Positions 47,598-57,115 of a stretch of 64,000 nucleotides of DNA are shown one piece after another. Position numbers and translations under genes: made by a program. Under the pieces are notes generated by a model. The model was not told the DNA's origin, made no database searches, and saw only the letters and a list, made by a program, of their open reading frames with translations. This DNA is from Thalassobaculaceae bacterium (GTDB lineage Bacteria; Pseudomonadota; Alphaproteobacteria; Thalassobaculales; Thalassobaculaceae), in the NCBI GenBank assembly GCA_965228875.1, contig OZ245843.1:3144616-3208615 (forward strand). Reading direction: 5' to 3'. Numbering within the stretch: position 1 is the stretch's first letter; every line of letters starts with the position of its first letter.

Positions 47598-48347
47598 ATG
47601 GTAACCCATGACTTTTCCGGCCGCAGTGCCATCATCACCGGCGGGGCGCGGGGCATCGGCCTGGCGGTCGCCAAGCGGCTGAGCGACAGCGGCGCCTCCG
47701 TCAGCCTGTGGGACGCCGACGCCGACAAGCTGGCCGAGGTGGCGGCGGGCTTCCCCGAGGACCGGATCCACACCGCCGCGGTCGATGTCACCGACGACGC
47801 GGCGGTCGACCGTGCAGCGGCCGAGGTCGAGCGCGAGTTCGGCCGGATCGACGTGCTGGTCGCCTCCGCCGGCATCGCCGGCCCCAATCACAAGGTCTGG
47901 GAGTATCCGGTGGACGCCTGGCGCCGGGTCATCGACATCGACCTGAACGGCGTGTTCCTGTGCAACCGCGCCGTGGTCCCCTACATGCGGGCGAAGAACT
48001 ACGGGCGGATCGTCAACATCGCCTCGATCGCCGGCAAGGAGGGCAACCCCAACGCGTCGCCCTACTCCGCCGCCAAGGCCGGCGTGATCGGCCTGACCAA
48101 ATCGCTGGGCAAGGAACTGGCGGACACGGCGATCACCGTGAACTGCATCACGCCCGCCGCGGTCCGCACCGAGATTTTCGACCAGATCTCCCAGCAGCAC
48201 ATCGACTTCATGCTGTCGAAGATCCCCATGGGCCGGTTCGGCCTGGTCGAGGAGATCGCCAGTCTGGTGTCCTGGCTCTCCTCGGAGGAGTGCTCGTTCT
48301 CGACCGGCGCGGTGTTCGACTGCTCCGGCGGACGCGCCACCTACTGA
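47598..48347 (+). CDS. SDR family NAD(P)-dependent oxidoreductase
   Basis: TGGARGIG, NIASIAGKEGNPNASPYSAAK. Confidence 0.93.
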   Translation: MVTHDFSGRSAIITGGARGIGLAVAKRLSDSGASVSLWDADADKLAEVAAGFPEDRIHTAAVDVTDDAAVDRAAAEVEREFGRIDVLVASAGIAGPNHKVWEYPVDAWRRVIDIDLNGVFLCNRAVVPYMRAKNYGRIVNIASIAGKEGNPNASPYSAAKAGVIGLTKSLGKELADTAITVNCITPAAVRTEIFDQISQQHIDFMLSKIPMGRFGLVEEIASLVSWLSSEECSFSTGAVFDCSGGRATY

Positions 48348-48363
48348 CGGCCCCGGCGGGGCG

Positions 48364-48383
48364 GACGGGGAAGCGTCCCCGTC
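48364..48383. terminator. Stem-loop between convergent SDR and MFS genes
   Basis: GACGGGGA-AGCG-TCCCCGTC perfect 8-bp stem; no clear U tract. Confidence 0.5.
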
Positions 48384-49617
48384 ACTCCGCCGGCTGGGTG
48401 GCGCCGCGTCGGGCGAAGCCCAGGCTCCAGTCCACCTCGTTGCCTTCCCTCGGGTCGGCCGGTACCAGCCGGGCGAGAATCAGGCTGACCGTCGCCATTC
48501 CCGCGCCGACCAGGAACACCGCCGCCGGCGAGACCAGCCAGAGCAGCCCGAAAGTCACCGGGATGAACACGGCGGCGATGTGGTTGATGGTGAAGGAGAC
48601 GCCCGCCGTCGGCGCGATCTCCGCCGGGTCCGCGATCTTCTGGAAATAGGTCTTCATGGCGATGGCGATGGCGAAGAAGGCGTGGTCGATCACGTACAGC
48701 GCCCCCGCCAGCCAGACGTTGGTGACGAAGGCGTAGGTCGTGAACACCGCGATCAGGCCGACATACTCGAAGGTCAGCGCCGCCCGTTCGCCGAACCGGA
48801 CGATCAGCTTGCCGATCTTCGGGGCGAGCAGCATGTTGATCGCACCGTTGATGAAGAACAGCGCCGCCACCTCGTGCACCTCGTAGCCGAACCGCTCGAC
48901 CATCAGGAACCCGGCGAACACCGTGAAGATCTGACGCCGCGCCCCGCCCATGAAGGTCAGCGCGTAGTACAGCCAGTAGCGCCGGCGCAGGATCAGCCGC
49001 TTGCGCTGGGGAACGCCCTCGCGGAACGCCGGATAGGCGGCGAACAGGAAGATCAGCACCACCAGGGTCAGGCAGCCGGCGATCAGGAACACGGTGGTGA
49101 AGGAGAGGTCGAATTCCCTCCAGCCGATGAAGATCAGGCCGTAGGCGACGAGCTGGGCGGCGGCGCCGACGGCGATGATCTTGCCCATGCTGGCCGCCGC
49201 GGTCGCCTTCGGCAGCCACTGCAGCGACAGCGACTGGGCCGCGGTCTCGTAGTAGTGGAAGCCGACCGACATGACGAAGGTCGTCAGGTAGAAGCCCCAC
49301 GCGGTCGGGAAATACCCGGTCGCGGCCACGCCGATGCCGAGGAACAGCAGCGACATGTAGGCCAGCGTCTGCTCGCGCATGAACAGCAGCAGGTAGACGG
49401 CCAGGAACGACAGAAAGCCCGGGATCTCGCGGATCGACTGCTGGATGCCGATCTCGCGTCCGGTGAAATCGAGTTCGTGAACCGCGAAGTTGTTCATCAG
49501 GTTCCACCAGGCGGCGAAGGAGAGCTGCATGGCGGCGGCCATGATCATCAGCATCACCGCGGGCGAACGCCAGCCGGTGGCGGTCCGGGGGTCGGCGGAG
49601 GTGGTGAGGTAGGACAT
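48382..49617 (-). CDS. MFS transporter
   Basis: About 12 hydrophobic segments; REIPGFL, GKLIVRFGER, FTINHIAAV. Confidence 0.88.
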   Translation of the reverse strand: MSYLTTSADPRTATGWRSPAVMLMIMAAAMQLSFAAWWNLMNNFAVHELDFTGREIGIQQSIREIPGFLSFLAVYLLLFMREQTLAYMSLLFLGIGVAATGYFPTAWGFYLTTFVMSVGFHYYETAAQSLSLQWLPKATAAASMGKIIAVGAAAQLVAYGLIFIGWREFDLSFTTVFLIAGCLTLVVLIFLFAAYPAFREGVPQRKRLILRRRYWLYYALTFMGGARRQIFTVFAGFLMVERFGYEVHEVAALFFINGAINMLLAPKIGKLIVRFGERAALTFEYVGLIAVFTTYAFVTNVWLAGALYVIDHAFFAIAIAMKTYFQKIADPAEIAPTAGVSFTINHIAAVFIPVTFGLLWLVSPAAVFLVGAGMATVSLILARLVPADPREGNEVDWSLGFARRGATQPAE

Positions 49618-49711
49618 CGGGGGCACTCGGCGAATGACAGGGAGCCACGTCGGCTCGCGCTTCCTGATACCGCCGAGCAGGGGCTACGTGTTATCGGTAT
49701 ATCGTCAATGA

Positions 49712-50509
49712 ATGTGGATGATCCGCCAAATGATCCATCCCTCGCTCTATACCCACCAGCGCGACGACCACCCGGCACCCGTCACCGCCTTCGCCGGGGA
49801 GCAGGACGGCGACACCCGCGGCCCGGCCCACAGCCACACCCGCCATCAGCTCTTCCACATCGTCTCGGGCTCGGTCACGGTGACGACGGCGATGGGCAGC
49901 TTCGTGGTGCCGCCGGAACGCGCCCTCTGGATGCCCTCGGGCGTCAGGCACGCGACGCTCTACCACCAGGCGACCGCGCTCCGGTACCTGTACTTCCGGC
50001 CGGAGGCGGTGCGGGACCTGCCGCCCTCGCCCTCCGTCATCCGCATCTCGCCGCTGCTGCGCGAACTGATCCTGGCGTTCATGGCCTATCCGACGGCGTC
50101 GGTGGAGAGCGGCCCGCCGGCCCGGATCGCCGCCGTCATCATCGATCAGCTTGCCGCCGAGCCGGTGGCCCCCCTCTATCTGCCGATGCCCGGATCCGAG
50201 CGCCTGCGCCGCGCCGTCGCGGCGGCCGCCGGCGACCCGGCACAGGCGGTGGGCCTGGCGGCCGCGGCCGAGCGGGCGGCCCTCTCGCCGCGGTCCTTCG
50301 AGCGGCATTTCCGCGCCGAGACCGGGTTGAGCTATCGGGCCTGGCTGCGGCAGGCCCGGCTGATGAAGGCCGTCGAGCTGCTGTCGCTGGGCCAGACGGT
50401 GGGGGACATCGCGCACCGCCTCGGCTACGAGGGGACAAGCGCCTTCGTCGCCAGCTTCCGGCGCGCGTTCGGCGTCACGCCCGGCCGCTACTTCGCCGAG
50501 GCGCCGTAG
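49712..50509 (+). CDS. AraC-family transcriptional regulator (cupin + HTH)
   Basis: HSHTRHQL cupin; LSPRSFERHFRAETG; LGYEGTSAFVASFRRAFGVTP; divergent from the MFS gene. Start may be 49730. Confidence 0.92.
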   Translation: MWMIRQMIHPSLYTHQRDDHPAPVTAFAGEQDGDTRGPAHSHTRHQLFHIVSGSVTVTTAMGSFVVPPERALWMPSGVRHATLYHQATALRYLYFRPEAVRDLPPSPSVIRISPLLRELILAFMAYPTASVESGPPARIAAVIIDQLAAEPVAPLYLPMPGSERLRRAVAAAAGDPAQAVGLAAAAERAALSPRSFERHFRAETGLSYRAWLRQARLMKAVELLSLGQTVGDIAHRLGYEGTSAFVASFRRAFGVTPGRYFAEAP

Positions 50510-50622
50510 GCGACGTCGTGAACGGCGGCGGTCGCCGGAAGCCGTGGTAGCATCGGTCGCGTCCGCGCCGCGCCGGATCGGCCGGACGGGCGGTGGTGGA
50601 ACGGTGATGTGCGGGGGCGTCG

Positions 50623-51030
50623 ATGAGCCAGGAAGCAGCGGTTCTGTTCGCCAATGAGGCCTTCTATCTCGCTTTCGCGACCCGCGACCTGAAGAGCATG
50701 GCGGATATCTGGTCGCGCCAAGCGCCCGTCACCTGCGTGCACCCCGGCTGGCAGCCGCTGCTCGGCCGCGAAGAGGTGATGGAGAGCTGGGTGACGCTGC
50801 TCGGCAACCCGACCGCGCCGACGGTGGAGTTCCGTGGCGGCCGGGTCTTCCTCTATGGGGAGATCGCCACCGTCATCGGCTTCGAGGTGCTTCGCGAGGC
50901 CGTTCTCGCCGTCTCGAACACGTTCGTGCGCGAGGAGGACGCCTGGCGCCTGGTGCACCACCACGCCTCGCCGCTCGCGGAGCGGCCGACATTCGAAGAC
51001 GAGCCGGCGTCGCGCGGCCGGCTGATGTAG
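50623..51030 (+). CDS. SnoaL/NTF2-like protein
   Basis: ANEAFYLAF, CVHPGW, WRLVHHHAS. Confidence 0.88.
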   Translation: MSQEAAVLFANEAFYLAFATRDLKSMADIWSRQAPVTCVHPGWQPLLGREEVMESWVTLLGNPTAPTVEFRGGRVFLYGEIATVIGFEVLREAVLAVSNTFVREEDAWRLVHHHASPLAERPTFEDEPASRGRLM

Positions 51031-51040
51031 GGCCGCCCGA

Positions 51041-51076
51041 AACGCAAAGAGGGCGGACGGTTTCCCGTCCGCCCTC
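51041..51076 (-). terminator. Intrinsic terminator downstream of the ompA-like gene
   Basis: 12-bp stem GAGGGCGGACGG/CCGTCCGCCCTC with a 4-nt loop, followed by TTTGCGTT on the minus strand. Confidence 0.75.
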
Positions 51077-51105
51077 CGATCGGATCGACCGGATCGCAGA
51101 ACCGC

Positions 51106-51984
51106 TTACTTGCGGATCTCGATCTTGACCCGGCGGTTCTTGGCTTCCTTCACACCGTCCGGCGTGACGACCTTGTTGTTCTTCTCGCCGAAGGCTTCCA
51201 GCGTCATCGCCGGGGCGCCGTCGCCGAGCAGGCCCTTCAGCTCGGCCGCGACCGCGTCGGCACGACGCTGCGACAGAGCCATGTTGTAGGCCTCCGAACC
51301 GGAGCGATCGGCGTAGCCGGAAACGGTGATCGTCGACGCGCCCATGTCATCCGAGGCGTCGGCGGCATCGATCAGCGTCGACAGGGTCTGCGGCGTGATC
51401 GTGCTGCTGTCGAAGTCGAAGTACACCGTGAAGTTGGCGAAGGTCACCGGCGGAGCGGCCGGCGCCGGCGCCGCGGGCTGTTCGGCCACGGCGGCTTCCA
51501 TCACCTCGAGCGCGACCTTGAACCGGTCCCGGCACCAGGCGATGTCCGCCGGCTGAATGTTCTCTTCGGCTTCCTGCATCCAGCAGTCGAACATGGCCTG
51601 GCCGCGCGCCGAAGCCTCCGGGACCTTACCGGCGGCGCCGGCGTCCAGGGCCGCCGTCAGACGACGATGCGCCTCGGAGAGAGCGCCCTTGTGCTCGGCC
51701 GGGATGTTGCGCGCATCGAGCGCCTCGGGGCCCGGCGGGGTGCCGGCCGCCGACGCGATGGCGCGGGACGCGAAGACATCGGAATCCTGATAGTCACCTT
51801 CGGCGAACTCCGCCTCGGCCAGCGCCAGATACTCCTGGTACAGCGCCTGACTGAAAGCGTCCCCCTCCGGCGTCAGGCCACGCGCGCTGTCAAGCTGCAT
51901 GCCTGCGCAGGCGGCCAGGCTCATCATCGCCGCAGCGGCGATCAGAGGCTTGGCTCCCCCCAGAATCTTGTGAAGCATTACCAT
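51106..51984 (-). CDS. OmpA-family lipoprotein
   Basis: Lipobox LAAC; FDCWMQE; VYFDFDS, GYADRSG, YNMALSQRRA, NRRV. Confidence 0.92.
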   Translation of the reverse strand: MVMLHKILGGAKPLIAAAAMMSLAACAGMQLDSARGLTPEGDAFSQALYQEYLALAEAEFAEGDYQDSDVFASRAIASAAGTPPGPEALDARNIPAEHKGALSEAHRRLTAALDAGAAGKVPEASARGQAMFDCWMQEAEENIQPADIAWCRDRFKVALEVMEAAVAEQPAAPAPAAPPVTFANFTVYFDFDSSTITPQTLSTLIDAADASDDMGASTITVSGYADRSGSEAYNMALSQRRADAVAAELKGLLGDGAPAMTLEAFGEKNNKVVTPDGVKEAKNRRVKIEIRK

Positions 51985-52234
51985 CTCCTTCTCGTGTTCC
52001 GTCGCGCCTCGAATTCGGGCGGCGCGCCCGGAAAGGGTCGAGACCGCCCCCGGCCCCTAATTGCGGACGCTTACGAAGAAACCGGGTCGGCCGGTTTCCA
52101 CCGCGGACATTTCAACATTTTCGTCGTGGAACGCAAGAAAAACCGGGTGACGTCTTTAAAAGTTCAGCCGGCTTGCGTCGAAGAACGGGGCCGCAGACAG
52201 AGAGGCGCCCGGCAGGTGCCGGACGCCTCCAGTC

Positions 52235-52354
52235 TTACGCGAACCCGGTCGCCAGGGCGAACATGATCGTGAAGATCCCGGCCGCCACGGCATAGCCGAC
52301 CACCGTCGGCCAGAGCCCGAACTCTTTGCTGTCGTCTTTGGTATTCGGGGTCAT
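52235..52354 (-). CDS. 39-aa single-TM small protein at the end of the TRAP operon
   Basis: MTPNTKDDSKEFGLWPTVVGYAVAAGIFTIMFALATGFA; RBS GAGGGAG; followed by a hairpin at 52202-52229. Confidence 0.7.
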   Translation of the reverse strand: MTPNTKDDSKEFGLWPTVVGYAVAAGIFTIMFALATGFA

Positions 52355-52379
52355 CTCGTCGTCTCCCTCTTCGCGCCGG

Positions 52380-54365
52380 TCATCCCAGGACCTGCGGCAG
52401 CCACAGCGCGATCTCCGGGAAGACCATCACCAGGATCAGTCCGATGATCTGCAGACCGATGAACGGAATCACGGCCGCGAAGATCTCCTGCAGCTCGATG
52501 TCCGGCGGCGCCACCGACTTCAGCCAGAAGCAGGCGGGACCGAAGGGCGGCGACAGGAAGTAGATCTGCATGTTCATGACGAACAGCACGCCGAACCACA
52601 CCGCGGCCCATTCCGGATCGAGGCCGAGTTCGGGGGCCATGTCGACCACCACCGGGGCGAATATCGGCACCGTGATGAAGACGATGGCGATCCACTCCAT
52701 GAACGTGCCGAGCACCACCAGGATGGCCATCATCACCAGGATGATCCCGATCGCCGGCAGGTCCAGGCCGGCGAACAGGCTGCGCATGAACTCGCCGCCG
52801 CCGATCAGGTTGTAGATGCCGACGAAGCTGACGGCGCCGAGGATCAGCCAGATGATCGTACCGACCGTGGCCATGGTCTGGGTCAGCGCCTCCTGCAGCA
52901 TCGACCAGTTGAACCGCATGCGGACCGCGGCGACGACGATGGAGCCGAACACGCCCACGCCGGCCGCCTCGGTCACGCTGGCGATGCCGCCGTAGATCGA
53001 TCCCATGACACAGGCGATGAGCAGCACCGACAGTCCGACCGCCACCGCCCGGTTGGAGGACAGCTTGTGCTCGGTGTCCTGACTCGCGGCCACCTCGGCC
53101 GCCGTCGGCGCCAGGCTCGGGTTCAGGTAGCAGCGGACCAGGACGAAGATGATGTAGAACGAGGCCAGCAGCAGGCCCGGGAAGGCGCCGGCCATGAACA
53201 GGTCGCCGATCGAGACCTGCGCCGACAGGCCGTAGACGATCATGACGATCGACGGCGGGATCAGCGTGGCGAGCGATCCGCCGGCGCAGATCGTGCCGAT
53301 CGACAGTTTGCGGTCATAGCCGAGCCGCAGCATCTGCGGCAGCGCGACCAGGCCGAGCATGACGATCTCGCCGCCCATGATGCCGGACATGGCGGCCATG
53401 ATGACGGCGACCACGACGGTCTGCACCGCCACGCCGCCGCGCAGGTTGCCGGCGAAGATCGACATGGCGTCGAACAGGTCTTCGGCGATGCCCGCCTTCT
53501 CCAGGATCGAGGCCATCAGCACGAAAAGCGGAACCGCGATCAGCGGATAGGACTCCAGCAGGCCGAACGCGTTGGTCGAGACCAGATAGAGGCCCTTCGG
53601 CCCGAAGAACAGCAGCGCGCAGACGATGGAGATGATCAGCGTCACCACGCCGAGCGGCATACCGGTCATCATCAGCAGCAGCAGGGTGATGACGATGCCG
53701 ACGCTGACCGTGCCGATGTCGTAGGCGCGGATGTTGATGAGCTGGCGCAGGTCGATCGTCTCGGCGATCGACGCGACCGCCGCATCCGCCCATTCGGACA
53801 GGATGAAGCCCTCGAAATAGTGGCCGATGAGCAGCAGCACCAGGCGGCCGACCAGCAGGACGGAGACCACCACGATCGCCATCTTGGCCGCCGCGCTCGA
53901 GACGTGGCGGTAGAAGTTGGCGAGCAGCTGCAGCAGGTAGATGGTCGCGCCGAGGAACAGCGCGGTCTTGAGCATCAGCGGCTCGGGCGAGTTGAAGGCC
54001 GTCCCGGCGCGCTCGACGTTGCTGATCGCCTCCAGGGCGCGGCCCATGGTGTCGTTGGTCAGCAGGAACAGCGCGATCACGCCGACGACCAGCGCCAGCA
54101 GGTCGAGGCGCCATTTCGTGCGGTCGCTGGCCATCAGATAGAAGACGGTGATGCCGATGTGCCGGTTCTTCAGGGTCACGTAGCCGGCGGACAGCATCCA
54201 GGCGGTGGCGCAGAACACCATCACCATTTCGAACGCCCACTGGGTCGGCGCGTGGAAGGCGTAGCGCGAGACCACCTCGTACAGCGTGATCACGCCGCAC
54301 AGGAAGTACAGCTGTGCGATCGCGAGGCCGGAGAACTGGCTTAACTTGTTGATGGCTGAATTCAT
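52380..54365 (-). CDS. TRAP transporter fused small+large permease (DctQM)
   Basis: DctQ-like YEVVSRYAFHAPTQWAFE; DctM AVPLFVLM, LATLIPPS, SPPFG. Confidence 0.92.
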   Translation of the reverse strand: MNSAINKLSQFSGLAIAQLYFLCGVITLYEVVSRYAFHAPTQWAFEMVMVFCATAWMLSAGYVTLKNRHIGITVFYLMASDRTKWRLDLLALVVGVIALFLLTNDTMGRALEAISNVERAGTAFNSPEPLMLKTALFLGATIYLLQLLANFYRHVSSAAAKMAIVVVSVLLVGRLVLLLIGHYFEGFILSEWADAAVASIAETIDLRQLINIRAYDIGTVSVGIVITLLLLMMTGMPLGVVTLIISIVCALLFFGPKGLYLVSTNAFGLLESYPLIAVPLFVLMASILEKAGIAEDLFDAMSIFAGNLRGGVAVQTVVVAVIMAAMSGIMGGEIVMLGLVALPQMLRLGYDRKLSIGTICAGGSLATLIPPSIVMIVYGLSAQVSIGDLFMAGAFPGLLLASFYIIFVLVRCYLNPSLAPTAAEVAASQDTEHKLSSNRAVAVGLSVLLIACVMGSIYGGIASVTEAAGVGVFGSIVVAAVRMRFNWSMLQEALTQTMATVGTIIWLILGAVSFVGIYNLIGGGEFMRSLFAGLDLPAIGIILVMMAILVVLGTFMEWIAIVFITVPIFAPVVVDMAPELGLDPEWAAVWFGVLFVMNMQIYFLSPPFGPACFWLKSVAPPDIELQEIFAAVIPFIGLQIIGLILVMVFPEIALWLPQVLG

Positions 54366-54482
54366 CGATCCGCTTTCCGGGCCCCAAGGCGCGCGCATGA
54401 AAGAAATTGGGCGACCCGCCGTCGCCCGAACCAAGAGAGACCCGGAAGCCTCCGCGGCTCCCGGGCCATCCTTTTCGATCGG

Positions 54483-55514
54483 TTACTCGGCGAGCAGACC
54501 GACGCGCTTCATGTAGGCGAGGTGCGTGTCCAGGGCCTCGCGGGCGAGGTCGGACTTGGACGCCGCGTTCTCCCAGGCTTCGACGGCGATCTCACGGAAC
54601 TTCTGACGGTCCTCCTTGGACCAGTCGATGATCGTGATGTCGCCCTTGGCCTTGTGCTCGGCGACCAGGTCGCGGTCGAGCAGATCGGCCTGACGGAGCA
54701 TGGTGATGTAAGCCGCGTTGTACCAGGTCTCGAGGATCGTCTGCTCGGTCTCGGACAGCCCGTTCCAGACGTCCTTGTTCATGATGAACTGCAGAACGGC
54801 CATGGAGTGAATGCCCGGGTAGATCGGGTACTTGGCGACCTTGTGCATGCCCGAGGCTTCGTTGTTCACGAAGGCCGAGGCGTCGGCGGCGTCGACGATG
54901 CCCTTATCCAGCGAGGTGTACACCTCGGAGAACGGGATCGAGACCGGGGTGGCGCCGGCGAGACGGAAGACGTCGGCGGCCAGACCCTCGGGCGAGCGGA
55001 TCTTCACGCCCTTGAGGTCCTCGACGCCGTTGATCGGCACGGTCGAGACCAGGGCTTCCTTGGTGTACGGACCGCAGCCGATGACGTGGATCGAATCCGG
55101 CCAGTGGTGGTCGTAGATCTTCTGCAGCATCTCCTTGCCGCCGCCTTCATGGCAGAAGTCGCGGACCTGGTGCTGGGTGTCGTAGCCGGCGATCAGGTCG
55201 CCGATGATGCCGAAGGCCGGGTCGCGGCCGGCAAAGTAGGAAACGGCGTTCAGGTCGCCGTCGAGGATGCCGTTGGCGACGGCGTCAACGGTCTCGCGGT
55301 GCGGCACGACGGCCTTGGTCGGCAGAACCTCGACCTCGATGCTGCCGCCGGTCATGACGCCGACCTTCTGCTGCCAGCCCTCGGTCATGAAGCGGTGCGC
55401 CCAGTCGCCCGGGCTCGAGCTGGACTGGAACTTCAGGGTACGGGCGTCGACGTCGCCCGCGGCGAACGCACCAACGGTGAGCGCCGCCAGTGCGGCGACA
55501 AGAGTTTTCCGCAT
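54483..55514 (-). CDS. TRAP transporter substrate-binding protein DctP
   Basis: Signal peptide; DLKGVKIRSP, EVYTSLDKGIVDA. Confidence 0.92.
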   Translation of the reverse strand: MRKTLVAALAALTVGAFAAGDVDARTLKFQSSSSPGDWAHRFMTEGWQQKVGVMTGGSIEVEVLPTKAVVPHRETVDAVANGILDGDLNAVSYFAGRDPAFGIIGDLIAGYDTQHQVRDFCHEGGGKEMLQKIYDHHWPDSIHVIGCGPYTKEALVSTVPINGVEDLKGVKIRSPEGLAADVFRLAGATPVSIPFSEVYTSLDKGIVDAADASAFVNNEASGMHKVAKYPIYPGIHSMAVLQFIMNKDVWNGLSETEQTILETWYNAAYITMLRQADLLDRDLVAEHKAKGDITIIDWSKEDRQKFREIAVEAWENAASKSDLAREALDTHLAYMKRVGLLAE

Positions 55515-55646
55515 CGTTTCCTCCCTCGTGCGGTATGTGGAACCCCGTGTTTCGGGGAAAGTCAGTCTTTTGATTGAGCGGCGAGTGTCACAACGCCTTC
55601 GCGGCAATGTCAACTACACATAAAATGTCGGTCTGTTCGGCCGGCG

Positions 55647-56189
55647 TCAGCCCGCCTGCTTCGCCGCCGTCCGCGGTACGATCTCGCGCACCGCGTAGCC
55701 GCCGCCCCGGGTCGGCACCAGCGCCTTGACCGGGTTGCCGCCGAAAGTCTGCTCGACCAGTTCGTTCAGCGCGGCGTCGCCGCCGCCATAGGGGGCGACC
55801 AGATCGATCAGCCAGGGGATATTGCCGGCATCCCACTCGTCCGGGCGCAGCCGGTGCTGGCCCTGCAGGAGCCGCTGTTCGACCTCCGGCGTCACCATGG
55901 CCCAGGACGCGTAGACCACCGGGGCGGCGCCGCGCTCGGTCCGGCGGCGCCAGATCCGGACCTGGCGTTTGGTGAGCGGCGGCAGCACCAGCCATTCGAG
56001 ATCCGCCAGGAAGATGTGCCGGTGCGAGGGCGACTGCCCCATCAGCGACACGATCTGACCAAGCAGCCGCGTCATATCGTCCCGCGGCGCCTCGCCCGCC
56101 GGGCCAGTCGCGGGCGCCGCCGCCCCGTCCGCGGCGGGGGTGTCCGCCGCTTCGGAACCGTCCGTTCCGAACACCATGTCGTCGCTCAT
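55647..56189 (-). CDS. RTX toxin-activating lysine acyltransferase (HlyC family)
   Basis: LMGQSPSHRH, LEWLVLPPL, YASWA, LRPDEWDAG, WLIDLVAPYG. Confidence 0.88.
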   Translation of the reverse strand: MSDDMVFGTDGSEAADTPAADGAAAPATGPAGEAPRDDMTRLLGQIVSLMGQSPSHRHIFLADLEWLVLPPLTKRQVRIWRRRTERGAAPVVYASWAMVTPEVEQRLLQGQHRLRPDEWDAGNIPWLIDLVAPYGGGDAALNELVEQTFGGNPVKALVPTRGGGYAVREIVPRTAAKQAG

Positions 56190-56212
56190 TGAATCTCCCC
56201 CGAATCGCCCGT

Positions 56213-57022
56213 TCAGTGGGCGAAGATCACCGGCATGGTCGCGTCGGCGATGATGTCGCTGGTGGCACCGCCGAAGATCATCTGGCGAAGCCGGCTCTGG
56301 GTGTAGGCCCCCTTGACCAGAAGGTCGGCGCCCTGGGCCTCGGCGACCTCGAGCACGTCCATGCCGGGGCCGCGCATCGACCGCTTGCCGGCAACGACCG
56401 AGGCCTCGACGCCGTGCAGCTTGAGGTAGTCGCACAGGGCCGCGCCGTCCGGCCCGGGAACCGACCAGCCCTCGATCTCGATGACGACCACCTTGGACGC
56501 CGCCTTGATCGCCGGCAGCGACTGGCCGATCAGCCGGGCGGTCTCGGTGCTCCGGTTCCAGGCGATGGCCACGGTCTCGCCGCAGTCGCGGGTCCAGCCC
56601 ACCGGCACCAGGGTCACTGTGCGGCCGCCCTCGAAGAGCGCCGTCTCGAACACCGCGCGCCAGTCGGTCTCCTCGCTCTTGCCGACCACCGTGGTGTCGA
56701 ACAGCCGGGCGGCCTCGCCGATACCGAAGCGGGCGCGCAGGGGCTCGTCGCTGAGATCGACCAGCGTCCCGGTTTCGCCGAGCGCCTCGATTCGCGTGCG
56801 CATCGCCCCGAGCGCCTCCTCAGCCTCGCGGGCGAGGTCCGGCCCCTTGTCGGCGTAGTCGATGATGCCGACCCCCATGGGGTCGACCAGGGGGCTTTCG
56901 ACCGGACGCGGATAGAAGGTGGCGCGCACCCGGCCGCCCGAATGCTTGGCGAACAGGGCCGCGGCCTCGAGTGGCGCGCGGTCGACCCCGTCGCGGCCGA
57001 ACGGCAGGAAAACGGACTTCAT
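56213..57022 (-). CDS. Universal stress protein (tandem Usp domain)
   Basis: IAWNRSTETAR, DLLVKGAYTQSRLRQMIFGGAT, PVIFAH. Confidence 0.9.
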   Translation of the reverse strand: MKSVFLPFGRDGVDRAPLEAAALFAKHSGGRVRATFYPRPVESPLVDPMGVGIIDYADKGPDLAREAEEALGAMRTRIEALGETGTLVDLSDEPLRARFGIGEAARLFDTTVVGKSEETDWRAVFETALFEGGRTVTLVPVGWTRDCGETVAIAWNRSTETARLIGQSLPAIKAASKVVVIEIEGWSVPGPDGAALCDYLKLHGVEASVVAGKRSMRGPGMDVLEVAEAQGADLLVKGAYTQSRLRQMIFGGATSDIIADATMPVIFAH

Positions 57023-57115
57023 CTGCGGTCTCCCTTTGTATGGCCGTGCTTGTCGCAGGCCGTCCCGATGTCATGATAACGGAAACCGTCCCGTCAAGGC
57101 ACCGGATTGGACCAG

